Shown in pieces: positions 35,732 to 50,086 of a stretch of DNA of 64,000 nt. Source of the DNA: Saccostrea cucullata (lineage: Eukaryota). Where the stretch lies: positions 248,001-312,000 of the forward strand of contig NW_026930368.1 in assembly GCF_032062105.1 (NCBI RefSeq), in the 5' to 3' direction. A model generated the notes under the pieces. It did not search any database, had not been told where the DNA came from, and was given only the letters and a program-made list of their open reading frames with translations. Numbering within the stretch: position 1 is the first letter of the stretch; every line of letters begins with the position of its first letter. The translations under genes and the position numbers were made by a program.

Positions 35732-36972
35732 ATGCTAATTTCGGAGACAACATGTAATAATTTGGGTATTGCATCCTACGTAAATATAGTGATTTTTCTT
35801 TTATGTGTCGTTTTAAGGAACAATATTCTTCACTCCCAATCTTTGAGCGGTGGTTGCCCTACTTTCACTTTTCCGGAAAATTGGTTTCTTGAGCTAGAAA
35901 GACGAACCCTTATGTCAAATGATAAACAAGCGTCTATTCACAGTAACCATATTGCAGAAGTTCACAATGTTCCAATATCAGTGTTGATTAGACCATTCAC
36001 ATCAGTATTAGATGAAAATAAAGTGGCATCCCTCATGAAAACTCTGCAAGTAAGTTGAAATATTATGAAATACTCATGATGCTTCTACATTCTTTCTAGT
36101 AGGGCTGTGTATTGAGCCAAAAGTTTCGATACGATACGATACAATATTTTTTAAAGCGATATGCGATATATTGGATTATGAAACAAGTCCATCAGAAAAG
36201 GCTTCTAAATCATTTTAATGCATACATTTCATAACAATTCGTGTTTTATTACCCATTTTAAAGTTCTATAGTCTCATTGTCATTAAAAATAACACTTCAA
36301 TTGAAACTTTTGATAACAGTAAAATCAACATGTTCAGATAAATTTCTCCTTGTATTTTGCAATAATTATGAAATTGTGTTATTTCCTTAGAAATTATATA
36401 ATTATTGAAGGTTTTAATTCAAAAAAGTAAAATATAATCTTTGGTGATTGAAATTCCCATCTTTTAAACAGAATTTGAAGAAAAAATGTCTGTCCGATAC
36501 GTATTGGAAGTTATTTTTCGATACGATATTTTTCTTGAATATCGATACGTATCGATATATCGATATATTGATACAGCCCTACTTTCTAGCATAATTTTCA
36601 CCTGAGGTTTCTTCAACAGAGTTCGCGAGCATTTGCTCTGTTGAACAGGCCTCTGAAGTCCCATTGATTTTTTTAAAGTTGTTTTATTATTGATATGATA
36701 CATCGATCAAATTCTGGGTACACTGTATATTCTTAACAATTCAGTCTTTTATTTTGTGTAAGGACGAAGAACAAGCAGACAACGTACCCCCGATTGATGT
36801 ACTCTGGATCAAAGGCCGTCAGGGAGGGGATTATTTTTATTCTTTTGGAGGATGCCATCGTTATGAAGCTCACAAACGACTGAACAGAGAAACTGTCCCC
36901 TGTAAACTGTTTCGATCTACCATCAGTGATCTGCGCACGTATTTAGGAAGCTCAACACCAGATCTGCTCTAA
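35732..36972 (+). CDS. SRXN1: Sulfiredoxin-1, 2 coding exons (start at 35732 or 35912)
   Basis: Exons 35732-36049 and 36763-36972. [18 protein letters not shown]...[30 protein letters not shown] (catalytic FGGCHR), YLGSSTPDL. Confidence 0.95.
36100..36581. mobile_element. hAT-type MITE in the SRXN1 intron
   Basis: TAGGGCTGT...ACAGCCCTA termini; perfect 8-bp TSD CTTTCTAG at 36092-36099 and 36582-36589; subterminal CGATA repeats. Confidence 0.9.
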
Positions 36973-37959
36973 CAGAATTTGTATTATTATTTTTAAAATA
37001 AATGTGTGATGCAATGATGTGTTTCACGTTTTTCATAAAAAATCAAAATCTGATTTTGTGCTCATTCAATTAATGAAATAAATATAGTATGTCTTTTGTA
37101 ATGTGTGTCTTCTGTAATAAGAAAGAAATCGTACGTGGATTATGTAAAGAATGTTTGATTGCAATTTCTACATTTTCTTAGAACTCATACATTTCATGTT
37201 ATACATGTATTTTTTTTTTACTCTGTGTTGATTGTGGGGCTTTAATAGTTGTATCTACTTATCTTATGTATGCTTTTTTGCCTAGACGGTACACTATATG
37301 ACTATAAACTAGACGGTACACTATATGACTATAAACTGATGAATATATTTTTAAAATAAAAAGGCATAATTAATAGATTAAAAGAACGGAAAATACTTCA
37401 GTTATTCTGTCTACACTTGTATGATGCAGGATTTGTTTTCCTTTGATATAATTAATATAGAACCTACGACAATGACAACTATTTAGCATTGCATCTTGAC
37501 TGGTTCGCGGAATTTTGAATTGAAAGCCATTGTTAACAGTTACTTTCGTTACTATTTTTTAACTCTTAAATAAAGTTTAGGAGTGCGAATTATAGTTTAT
37601 ACGCAGAACTGTCAACAGTAGCTTGCTTGTCTGAAAATATGGGATGGACGACCATCTCAATTTTTTTTCAGACCAGCGAGCTACAGTTTTGCACCTAATG
37701 ATAAATGTACTTTTATGACTTGTGAAACTTTCATGAACAAATGAAAAGAAAATTTTTATGGATATTTTCTGTGTATTTCTATATTTCTTTGATTGCCAAT
37801 ATGGCTCAACTCCCATACCCATGATTTAAACAAACGTGAGCATACACTATCTGTAGATGCTTCCGTATAAAGACTTATCATGGCTTTGCAGGTTTTCATC
37901 ACAGGCGCTTGTGGAAAGGACCCCCCCTCCCAATTATAATATATGACCCATAGCTTGTT

Positions 37960-38590
37960 ATCCTGTAGATTCTGAAGTGTACAAATTATGACCCTCGGGG
38001 GTTGGGCGGGGCCTCAATGGGGAATCAAAGTTTTACATAGAAATATATAGGAAAAATCTTTGAAAATCTTCTTTTCAAGAACCACTGGGCCAGGAAAGCT
38101 GAAACTTATGTGGAAGCATCCTAAGGTGGTATAGATTCTAAATTGTTCAAACCATTACCTCCGGGGGGTTGGGCGGGGCCACAATAGGGATTCAAAATTT
38201 TACATAGAAACAAATAGGAATTTTAAAAAAAAAATCTCAAGAACCACTGGGCATATGTAGAAACATCCTGGGTTAGTGTTATAGTTATACGATAGATTCT
38301 AAATTGTTCAAACCATGACCCCGGGGGGTAGGGCGGGGCCGCAATGGGGAATCAAAGTTTCACATAGAAATATATAGGACAAATCTTTGAAAATCTTCTC
38401 AAGAACCACAGGGCCAGAAAAGCTGAAACTTATAAGGAAGCATCCTAGGTTAATGTAGATTTTAAATTGTCCAAATTATGATCAGTGGGGTAGGATGGGG
38501 TCACAATATGTATTACAAGGGGAAATCTGGTAAAGAACAACATGTTCAAAGCTTCTCAGGTGAGCGATGTGGCCCATGAGCCTCTTGTTT
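37960..38590 (-). repeat. ~166-bp satellite monomers (Cg170/HindIII-like) within a Helentron-type element
   Basis: About 3.3 monomers (GGGCGGGGCC.CAAT.GGG.ATCAAAGTTTTACATAGAAA...CAAGAACCAC.GGGCCAG.AAAGCTGAAACT) ending in CAGGTGAGCGATGTGGCCCATGAGCCTCTTGTTT. Further degenerate monomers in the opposite orientation at ~38750-39580. Confidence 0.75.
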
Positions 38591-38988
38591 CATATTGTAG
38601 ACATGAAAAGGAAGTGTAATAGATATAATTTGTAATTCTTTTTGAACAAGCTAGGGGTCATATACATGTATTAGTATTGGGAGGGGGGGGGGGGTTCCTG
38701 TCCACGAGTACCTGTGAAAAATTCCTACATGCATGTGCTCCTACAAGAAAACTTTGATCTCCATTGTATCCCAACCTACCACTAGAAGCAAGCTTTGAAC
38801 GAACTTGAATTTGCACAACCTGAGGATGGATCCACCTATAAATTAATCATGGCTTTCCTGTTCTTGAGAAGACGATTTTCAAAAAGTTTTCCATACACAT
38901 AGTATATCCATCTAAATCTTTGATTTTAAGCCCAACCCCATCCAAGGGAGTCATGATTTGAACACTTTTGAATCTGTATTATCTGAGG

Positions 38989-39081
38989 CATCGTCTCAAG
39001 CCACGGTTCGGTGTCCGCATACAGCTCTCTCCTACCATAATGGGAGAGGATCGTACATTTTGGTCGTGGCTTGCGACGATG
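38989..39081. mobile_element. 93-bp deletion derivative of the CATCGTC-terminus MITE
   Basis: CATCGTCTCAAG...TTGCGACGATG; 9-bp TSD TATCTGAGG at 38980-38988 and 39082-39090. Confidence 0.85.
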
Positions 39082-41285
39082 TATCTGAGGATACTTTTAT
39101 AAAGACATGTCTGATCATGGCATTGCTTTGCTGTTCTTGAGAAGATTTTAAAGATTTTTATGCATACCCATATAAACTTTTGATCGTCCATAGTAGCGAC
39201 AATCTACCCTGGGGGTCTTGATTTGAACAGACTTAAATCTATATTGTTTCAAAGCATATTCACATAAGCTTCATCTTGCATTGTGGTTCTTAGAATTTTA
39301 TTTTATTTAATGACCCCATCCAATTTTTACCTTTTCTTCAATATCTTCCATTAGCAGAGGGGTTGATCCTTCTTTTGAATAAAATAAATCTACTTTACCT
39401 AAAGATACAGTCCGACATACATTGTGCCAAGTTTAGTTCAAATATGCGCAGTAGTTCCAGAAGCGAGAATGAAAGTGTAAAAATGTTTGTACAACACCGA
39501 TGACTATAATATATGCCGACAGCGATAGACATAATGCTCCGGAGAGTTAAGCTGAGCCGAATGCTCGTGTGGGCTAAAAAGCAAAGAATTACAATAATTA
39601 AAATAGTTTTAAAATTTCAGAATTACACGATTTTTGATTTTAAGACTCCTGAATTTCATCGTAAAATGCTATAATTTACCATAGTAAAAACTTCACAGTT
39701 CATGTTTTATAATTTATAAACTATAGTTAACTAAGTTTAATATTTTTTGTTTGGTCAGCGTTACAAAAGTTTCCTGATATTTATCAAGAATACAAGTGCA
39801 TTTGTACGTACCGCTGACCCTAACCTAGTATAAATCTTCAAGAATTGAAGAAACCAATATTTCGGATTTAAAACAAGTCCCCATAATTCATCAAGTACTG
39901 AAATTATCTCGATGTCCTGACGATAAATTACACAGAAAACTGCAGGGATGATCAGGGTTATTTAGACCAGTGCCCGCTAGTTTTAAAGAACGGTCAGTAT
40001 TTTTCACTTTTTAGAGCAGAAAAGAAAAAAGTTCATGTTACAGATTTCTGGAAAATCTTTAAACATAAGGAAAACTTGTATTATGTAAATAATTAATTAA
40101 AACACAAATGATGAAAAAACTACATATGTAATTATATACCTGGTACAATATTAAATGAGGAATCAAACAAAGAATCATTTTAACAGAATTCCCTGAGAAA
40201 GCCTGTGTGCATACTGTTAATCGTAGATACAATGGTATACTAGTATATTGCCATGAATTTCAAGGATTCATGGATTTGAAAGGTTTTTTATATGCTTCTT
40301 GGAAACCATATATCATTTCTGAAGTTTAGTATTAAATCCATGATTTATAGGCTTCTATGAATTTAGTGATGTGCTTTTAATATTTTTGCAACTTTTCAAA
40401 TATGTTACGTTTAAAGAAACTGTTAAAAAAACCCTTCCCATGTAAACTTTTAATAAGCGCAAAAGACGAAAGAACAATTATCATTGATTCTTTTTTGATA
40501 TTTTGCAAATAAAAATTAATTTAAAAAAAACGATAAAAACTAGAAAATTGGTAAGACAGACAAATGCCAATTGTCATCCCAAACTGATCTTTCTCCGTGT
40601 TCATAGTAAAGGCGACCAATTTAGATTGCATGCACAGCTACTCTAAGTAATTAAAAAAAATCATCATGTTATCTGTTAAAATTTAACAATGTAAGGTAAA
40701 GAAGCATTTAATATATATTTTTTAGGACTCAAAACGGATTTATGTTACTGAAAAAAGTATGCCAAGTAATTCATAAATTATACCTGAAGTATGATTGAAA
40801 ACAACGGTTACATTTTGATTTTACAAAAATCTTATTGTAATTAATGATTTTGTAATGATAAATTTCTATTTTTGTCTTAGTTTGACTGTGATTTAACCCT
40901 CAAGTTTGGACATATTAGGACATAGCACGAAATCAGTTAAATCCACTGGTTTTAAAACTCGAATAAAGTTGGCTGAATTTTAGTATGTATTAAACTTTAG
41001 GTGGCCTTTAAGAAAAGGTAAGAGGGTATACCCGGTATTATAATTACGATATCCTTTATTAATCTTTTATTCGTACATTCTGAATTAAATGTTAGACAAA
41101 ACGACATCGTTTCAAAAAATTAAGAATTTGCCAATGAACTGAATGTTTTGAAGATTACCACATATTTAAACCAATTAAAAGAAATGGCAGAGCATTTCAG
41201 TCCAAAAAAAAATGTACATGTACTTGAATTTTCAAGCATCTTAATAAAATTCTATTGAAATATTCTCTTAGATTGAGAAAAAAAA

Positions 41286-44200
41286 ATGCCGGTAAAGAAG
41301 AAGACATGTGAACTCTTGTTGATGCTCACCATAGGCCTAACTTGTTTGGGTTAGTTTGATTTAAAATATATTTTATCTAAATCAATGAAACGGATTGAAC
41401 AACAGGCATGAATGCCTAAGATCGAGTCGATACGATATATTCATATATCATGGTGAGCTTGAGATAAAAGATACTACCGAGTCTGAAACATATTTCATAT
41501 TTGGATATTTTACTTGAAAAAGACGTTAATGGTAATATAACAACCAAACTCTATGATAAACGTGATGACTTAATGTAACTTTTCTATCGTCAACTTCTCT
41601 TACTTATGCAGCAATATACCTTCATCACCTGCATACGGAGTTTATGTATCTCTGTTGATTCGATATGCAAGAGCATGCTCTTCGTATGAACAATTTTTAA
41701 AACGAGGTAAATTATTGACAAACAAGTTAATGAAACAAACATTTCAGCAGTCTCGTCTCAAGTCATCATATTTCGTAAATTCTATGGTCGATCCAATGGC
41801 CTTTTCAGCAAATACAATTAATCATTGAGTCAAATGCTGACTGACATTTTTCATGCTAATTGTTAGTCCATTATTTATACATTGAATTGACGACGGATTT
41901 TTCCGTTATTTCCCGATCATGACAAGGAGCACACGGCGGGTGTGACCGGTCGGCAGGAGATGCTCACTCCTCTAGGTCATCTGATCCCACTTCTGATGTA
42001 TTGAAGGTCCGTGTTTGCTCTGCTCCTATTTTGTATTGTTTTATTGACTTTGATCTTGAATACTGTTCGTTATCTCAATATGGTAATCATACAAGACTAT
42101 TGAACCCTAGTTTGCTTTGAACCTATTTTAGTTTATGTCTTTCTTCTTCATTTTCTACAGACATTTCCAAATTGCTACATTCATTTGAAGTTTTCATAAA
42201 AAAACTATACGGTGTCTTTACAGATAATTCTCTTACATGTCCTTGTTTTTCCTCTCTTTTCAATTATAGTCTTACTGGACACATCATTACTCATGATAAA
42301 CAATGAAAAAATGATGAACTAATAAAATAAAATCAAGGTGTGAAAATCACGGAGCAAACGTCTTTCAAATGCTGAGAGAACATTTTTACTGTAATGAACT
42401 ATACTTACGATAAAGAGTAGGCCAAATTGTGGAAAGGGGGGGGGGGGTTGGCACTTTATTTAGAATGGATAAAGCATTTTTTTGAGAATTGCAAATTTCT
42501 TTTAACATCAAAATGATTCAGCATCAGCTCGAAGGAAGTTCTTTGATCTTTCAGGGAAGGAGATTCCAGATAATCAGGGAAAGGAATTCATCATTGGATT
42601 CATGGAGGCCGACGAGGCTTGGTATGGAGATATATCAGATATACCATTGAAGTTGTTTATTACGACAGCGTCTGAAGTTCCTGTAAGTGTTAATGTTTCT
42701 GCTCCTATGTCCAAGACTCTTTACCATGGTGACCGATTTACCGTTAAAAGGGGGACCATAAAGCAGATATCGATTCCAAAGTCCCTTAGAGTAGAGGGAA
42801 CATGGCGTGCAAAGAAAGCAATTCACATTGTCTCGTCTGATGAAATTGTGGTGTTTGGAATAAACCAAGCGAGGCTTTCTACTGATGGCTTTCTTGGAAT
42901 GCCTTTGGATGTATTGGGAACTAAATATTTTGTTCCTTCCTTCTATTCAACTGCTCAAAATTTTTACCAGTCGGCCATTCTCATAGCTGGGACACAAGAC
43001 AACACCAAGTTGAACATCAAACTGCCAATGGAACATAACATTAATATACATCTTGAAGGAAAAAGTTATAATCAGGGTGACTGGATCAACATGACAGTCA
43101 ATAAATATGATACCTTACAGCTTCTTTGCCACGCCGATTTAACAGGTACGGTTGTTTTATCTTCAGAGAAAGTATCTGTTTTCGGAGGATCTACCATAAC
43201 TTCTGTTGGAGTAGGAACTTCACGGGATCACATCGAAGAACAAATACCACCTGTCAATGTTTGGGGGAAATCATTTGCAATAAATCCATTTCCCGATACC
43301 AATCCAAACGTTATCCGATTTTTGGCAAGTGAAGATGACACTTTTGTCAACATTGATGGTAAACCATCTGTTCACATGTCGGCTGGAAATTTTCATGAGT
43401 TGGAAATGGACAGTTTCTCTTTAATTACTTCCAACAAGCCAGTTTTATCTGTGCAGTATGTTCCCAGTGGAACATGTAAAGATTATGTAGTTCCAGGCTG
43501 CCACAAGGGCGATCCAGCTATGACTTTAATTCCCCCAATAGAACAAAGTAACACATTCTACTCGTTTTTAACACCGCTTTCATCTAAAAATTCTAACTAT
43601 AAAAACATATTCATGTTCTTTATAGAAGATTCCTACGAAAGTGGAATATTACTTGACAATAAACACATCAAAAGGAGAGCCTTCCACAATGTAGTGCACA
43701 GACACAATCTCTCTGTTGGTTATATAGACATTCTACCTGGTGGTCATACCATAGAACATTCTTCCAAAAATGTACCCTTTGGAGGGATACTTTATGGCGG
43801 TATCCAGTATGAATCGTATGCTTTCCCTGTTGGTCAAAGGTTTGCCACGATAAATAAGGTAGTTCTAATGATTAGTAAAACTTGATTTAAAAAAAAAATT
43901 GTTACTGTCTGTATTGAAAGTCCCACAGATGACTTTATTGAGTAAATAAGTTAACAATACAAAGAATAAATGCTCATCATATGATGAATATGCATATATG
44001 AATCTTCATTTCACCACATTTTCACTGCTTTTAGAAAGAATGTCGTCCTACTGTAATGACCATTGGAGATGGTATAGATAATGATTGCGATGGACAAGTA
44101 GATGAGGAGATTTGTAATGATCTACAAGGTAAATAGGTGAAGTTCTAAAGTATTAGATGAAACATTTATTAATTACTTAATCATTACCAAGACATTTGCT

Positions 44201-46473
44201 TATAATGACAAAGTAAAATGATGCGAGTGTGTATTCTATATATATTGCAGATACACTAGTGTATATTGTTGGTTTAATATTTTGGTAATTTCATCCATTG
44301 CTTTGTTGGATGAGTAAAGTTTTCAATTAAATCTTTGTCATAGAAAGCACATCTAAAACTCTAATAATAAGAAATCTATATATGGCTATAAAATAGTATT
44401 ATTGTCAAAAAATTATAAATACTATGAACAAGTAATTACTGAATACTTTTAATGCATCATTAGAGCAAGTGAGTTTGGCTTTCTTTAATATTTAACATAC
44501 TAAATATTTTTATAATTTAATAATGAATTCTCCTTCAGACGATGATAAAGACGGACAAAGAGATGAAGATTGTTTTAAAGCACTTAGTAAGTATATTCAA
44601 TGGCGTGTTAATTGAACATCTTTGCATTTTTGTTTGAATATTTAAGTTCAATTCATAAATGTTAAAATCTCAAATGTGATTTTTCTGTCAGGCACATTGA
44701 AAATTGTTGATATAGCATTTGTTGTCACTTTTTTTTTTTCCGTGTTTTTATATCACTTATGTACAAAAAGATTATAAAATGTATTTAAAACCAGAGTAAA
44801 GCTCAATATTATTTTTTTCTTTTATTCTAAGCTCTCTGATTGGAATCTGTGTATATGATAAACTTTCAGCATATAGAGGGTTGAAAAAGATTTACCTAAT
44901 GTGATTTTTCAGTCAGACACATTGATAGTGATTTTTATCGTTCAAAGAATCATTTTCTTCATCTGTGAACATATTTGTTTTTTAGAATCAAGTGGAGCAG
45001 GCAAAATATCAAATTAAGGTTAATATTGAATCGATTTCCAATCTTTCTAAGGTACAACAAAAACCATACCAACGACAACCACGACTACACAAATGTCAAC
45101 AACTACAACATCAACAGAACAGACACCAAAATCAACAACCATAAAAATCAAATCATCGACAACAGTTACAACTACACCAGTGCCAGCAACTACAATATCA
45201 CCTTACAGTCATAGTGGGACAACAGAAACACTGAAATCAACATCAATATCAAAAAATGAATTACCACCAACGATAGATACAGCTACATCCGTGTCCATGA
45301 TAACAGATTCAAAGACAACAACAACATCACCTTCGACTAAATCAAGTAAAACACCAAAAACACCGGGGACAAATTACACAACTACAGCAAAATCTTCGAC
45401 AACAGCGATACCATTGACATTAATTTCAGTATCAAGGACAGCTACGTCAAATCCACCAACTAGTAAATCTGCAGCTATAGCATCAAAAGGAACAATTTTG
45501 AATTCCAAGATGATAACTATTACAACAACGACAACAACTCGGAACCCACCAGTGACAACCTTGAGTTCAATACGCAAAGGTAGGTAAAGAAAAAAATGTT
45601 TTGTAAAAAAGGGATCCCTGATAATTCAGTTCTGTTTCCCCAAGTACAGACGATTGACGATCTCCAATTAAGTTCATTGAAGTGGATTTGTATACGATGT
45701 TATTATACAATCATTATCTCCCAAAAAGCATTCAAAAACAGATTTCAAAAACCTATATTTATATCATTATCACTTGTATATGTATATAAATAAATTTAAA
45801 AAAAACGTGGCTCATCTAAAATACATAAATCTTAGAATGTGGAAAGCTGTAATATAGAACTTAAAATAAAATTTGCTTTTTTGTTTCATCCGCAAAGTTT
45901 TGGAATCAAATAAACATTCCTATTTCTGCTCTTCTCAAATTTGTAAAATGTCTTTTCAGCAATTGAAGATATTGCAAATGATAATTATGTTTTGGTGATT
46001 TTGAAACGTTAACATTGGTTAATGTTCAAGAGGAATTACTGTCTTGTTAATAATAGCCCAAATTTTGGACCGGGTAGTATAATGTCAATTCTTTAAAAGG
46101 GGCATTACATTATTTATTCTTTATACATTGTCTTTTTAAATGTCACATATCAATATGTATATGTACATTTATTACAAAATTTATTTGTCTTTTATATAAC
46201 AATATTTTGTTAATAGACACAAACATGACAGATATGAATGAGGAACCTCAACATCCAACCTGGCTTTCCTTTGCAGAGTATGGCATAATTGGTTGTGTTT
46301 CAGCGGTTATTATTGGAGGCATTGGTGTGTGTTGCAAGAAATGTCTCGGTCTGTTATCAAAACGCGACAACGACGAAGATGAAGAACACAGGCGAAAAAT
46401 GTACAAGAAAGCTAGACAGGCTTTTGGGGCACCTGCTATCAGACCAATGTATATAGAAAATAAAAAGACATGA
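41286..46473 (+). CDS. IgGFc-binding-domain transmembrane mucin-like protein A (6 coding exons)
   Basis: Exons 41286-41349 (signal peptide), 42555-43858 (PDNQGKEFIIGFME...STDGFLG.P.DVLG..Y...DHIEEQIPPV..WG...GDPAM...ESYAFP), 44035-44128 and 44539-44586 (DGIDNDCDGQVDEEIC, DDDKDGQRDEDC), 45052-45579 (Thr/Ser-rich), 46217-46473 (TM and tail). Intron phases are consistent. Confidence 0.88.
41424..42075 (+). mobile_element. 5'-truncated Penelope-like retroelement in intron 1 of gene A
   Basis: Degenerate RT C-terminus ELEIKDTTES...YLDILLEKD...TKLYDKRDD.NFSIVNF.YLCSNIPSSPAYGVY.S.LIRYARACS, then the 3' tail CACACGGCGGGTGTGACCGGTCGGCAGG.GATGCTCACTCCT. Confidence 0.75.
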
Positions 46474-47134
46474 GCTATTGAAATTGAACTCTTTTGTTAA
46501 AATAATAAATGTTCGAAATTAATCATTTATGACATATATTTTCTTAACAAGGCTATCGTTCAAATTTATTGAATTTGCGAAATGTTGTCTGAACAAGATT
46601 GTTGATACTAGTACTATTGAATCACCAACTTATATGTCAATAGTCAATCAATAGTTCTTATAGTCATATAAGTCTAAAATTACAAACAGATCTTTATCTG
46701 CGGGGCTACCCTTCCCCCCACACACATTGCAAGTGTTTGAAGTTTGACGAGACCGTTCAGCAAAGACAGAAGTTATCTGTAGAATTTTTTTACAGTTATC
46801 GTATCATGCCGCGGTCTGTATTTACGCAGCTGTACTCTGAGTTTTCGAGCATATAAAGAAGATGTACGGTTAAGAATTTCATAATTATTATGGATTCTGT
46901 TGAAGATTACGCCAGGCAATGGGCCAGATATGAAAAAAAGAAGTTGAATCTTGTCAGAATGAATTAAATGTACCAGATCCATCTTAAAATTGCGTATTAA
47001 AAGATTGAGAGCAGTATGAAAACCATCTATCCTGTATTCAATAATCCAGACGGAAAAAAGAACTAGATAGATTGAGTGATCAGAACGTACTGGTCCCTGC
47101 TTACAAAACATGTCTTCGTTTGTAAGGCTGATTA

Positions 47135-48518
47135 TATAAGTTGTATTTTAAAAGAACTTGGATTTAATTCTACAAGTGGTATACCGAACATATACTCATA
47201 GTTCCCTTTTTTCAGGAAGAAATTCTTTAAAAGCACATGTCAGTTTTGAACATTTTTAATATCCCAAAGAACCAAAATGAATTTGAACTACGATATATAT
47301 AAAATATATTGGATTCCAAAACTTCATATGAATCTTTACAAAGATGCATAGCGGGTTCCAGTAAATGTTTAATCAGGCCTCTTTCTTTACTCATCACATA
47401 GATATTATCATTAGTGAAGGAGAAACAAGGAGTACAATGCAACAATATATTCAAGAAGTGGTGCAAATCAGATGTTGATACTTAAATATTTCAAGGAAGT
47501 TTTAGACAATTTGAAATCACAAGATTTTACCAAAATCACTAGCTTAAAAATCTTACGACTTTTTAACTTTATACACAATCATTCCTCATAATAAATTAAA
47601 GTCCAATCTTTTTTTAGATCTGAAATTAACAGCTGCTTTTGCATTCGTAACTCGAAAATTTACTTACATTGTCATTGGTCATTTGCAAAATTCTTTTGTT
47701 AAAAAAACATTCTGATTGTACACACAAGTACTCTGAAGTTGACATAAAAATGCTTGATTTTCTGATTGACAGTATCTCTGTGGTTTTTGAAAACCTGGTC
47801 GTCCAGCAATCTATTGAAATTCAAATGGGTACCAACTGCACCCCTTCATAAGCAGACCTATTTCTTCAAAAGCAGAATTTGTCCAAAATCTTATAATTGA
47901 AAAGATGAAAACACTTCCTGTGGCCTTCAACTCGATATTTTGATAAATTGCGTAAATTTAAATTGGTTATTTCCATTCTTATGCGATATATCCCGGCGAG
48001 CTTGAAATAACAAATACCACAGTGTCTGACACATCTGTTTCATATTTAAATATTTTGTTTGAAAAAGACGTTAATGGTACAAACAAGATGAATGACTTTA
48101 ACTTTTTCAATCGTCAACTTCCCTTGCTTACGCAGCAATATACCTTCATCACCTGCATATGGGGTTTATATCTCTCATGCAGTTGATTCGATACGCAAGA
48201 ACAGGCTTTACATATAAACAATTTTAAAAACGAGATAAGTTATTAACAAACAAGTTGATGAAACAAAACAAGAATATTAACAATCTCTTTAATGTAATCA
48301 TTTCGTAAATTCTATGGACGATACAATGACCTTGTCAGCAAATACAATTTATCATTGAATCAAATGCTGACTGACAATTTTCATACTTATTGCTGGGCCA
48401 TTATTTATACACTGAACTGTAGACAGGTTTTTCTGTTATTTCCCTATCATGACAGGGAGCACACGGCGGGTGTGTCCAGTCGGCAGGGGATGCTCACTCC
48501 TCCATGGCACCTGATCCA
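47135..48518 (+). mobile_element. Longer decayed Penelope-like retroelement
   Basis: KYSEVDIKMLDFLIDSI.VVF...QQSI.I.MGTNC.P..ADLFL, then the same SNIPSSPAYG segment and 3' tail as 41424-42075. Confidence 0.75.
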
Positions 48519-50086
48519 ACAGACCCACGGTGAAATCGGCTTCAAGTCCAGTGTTTAACTGTTTGAGTTTGTACATGTATAGATTATATAGGAACTACAT
48601 TATTGAAAGCCTATGTAATTTTTTCTTTTCCGTAAATATTATTTTATTTATTGCCATCATTACATCTAAGAAAATATTATAAAAAATAAAGAGATTAACC
48701 TAAGAGTTTTTTAAGTTTAAAACGACCGGTCAAGTAAATTGTATAATCGTTCAGTAAAATGCCTTTTGACCACATTTACTTTGCGATTTTGAGTCGTGCA
48801 ATACGAGTTCTTATCCAAAATATACCTATCAAAATCCTTGTTATAACTAATTTCGGGATTGACATACCTGATGATTTTTAAATAAAAGAACCAATAAACA
48901 TAATATGATGACACTTTTATAAGAAATGGAAGCACAAATTCTTTATAATGATTTTGAAAAAAATTTGAGACAAAATATAACAGTCAGTAAATTGGTCTTT
49001 TATGTATATTAGGAAATCTAGCTGTTTGTTTTATTTAAGATAATTTCAAAAGTCTTTTCAGTTTATATTCTTGCATACTGGATGGATGATATAGTTATGA
49101 ATAAAAGACTGAAGAATCAAAATAGATATATACAGAATTGCGTTCTTAAAAGAGGAAGAAAGTAAAGGTTACTAACTAATATTTGTAGCAGCCACGTGCA
49201 CAAAATTAGAATCACTGACACATCCCATGTAAAATAATACAAAAGGACTGACATCGCTTTTTAGTTAATTAATCTGAAATAAATTGTTGATATTTTTTTA
49301 AAGTAAATGATAACAACAGCCAAAATGATAGCAACAATAAACTTTTAAAATATTTAATAGAAGGTGTATTATAATTACCAAGGTCTTTTGTTATACAAGA
49401 CAAAAGTACATTTGAACTTTCTGTTGACCTTAGCTCCATCTAAATCCCTATAAATTCAACTATCCAATAGTTTGGGTATTAAGACAGCTCCTGTAGATTA
49501 TTTAGTATTTTAGTATTAGAATTATCTCAAGTTTTCTAACGAAAGATAAATCACACAGACCTCTCACTATATCTTAATTTAGATAGAAGTATTGTGGTCG
49601 CAAATTTTAAAAGACGCTGTTTACAACAAATGTTTTATTCTGATGATAAGTAATAAAAAATTATTACAGTTATGAAATTTCTTGATTATATGTCAAATGG
49701 TTTAGATAGATACATTTTCTACTTTAAATAATAAGATTGTCAAACCAAAATGTGAAAGTTATGAATCAGGCAAAGACTTTTGACTTAAGATAGTCTGAGA
49801 ATTGGTTTATAGAACATACAAAAAAACATTTATTTACAAATTAACACAAAAGAATAAAATTATCAAAATGCACTAGATGCTGGGGTACGAAAAAGATATT
49901 TTGCTGAAAGGTCTAAATTTGTAGTTTTCTAAAGGCAAATTGTGGCATCTTGATGGAAAAGTTCTTAAGAGAATGTTATAAAACTTCTGCCATACGTCGG
50001 TGTTATTAAATTATCTGTTAAATACTTTAATTCGTACATGTATCACTCATAGAATTAAAGAAGGTAAATTATTACAAACATGCATA

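Noticed and set aside
37281-37338. 27-bp direct duplication (similar ones at ~5345, ~55775, ~60130)
   Set aside because: Ordinary local slippage duplications with no further structure.
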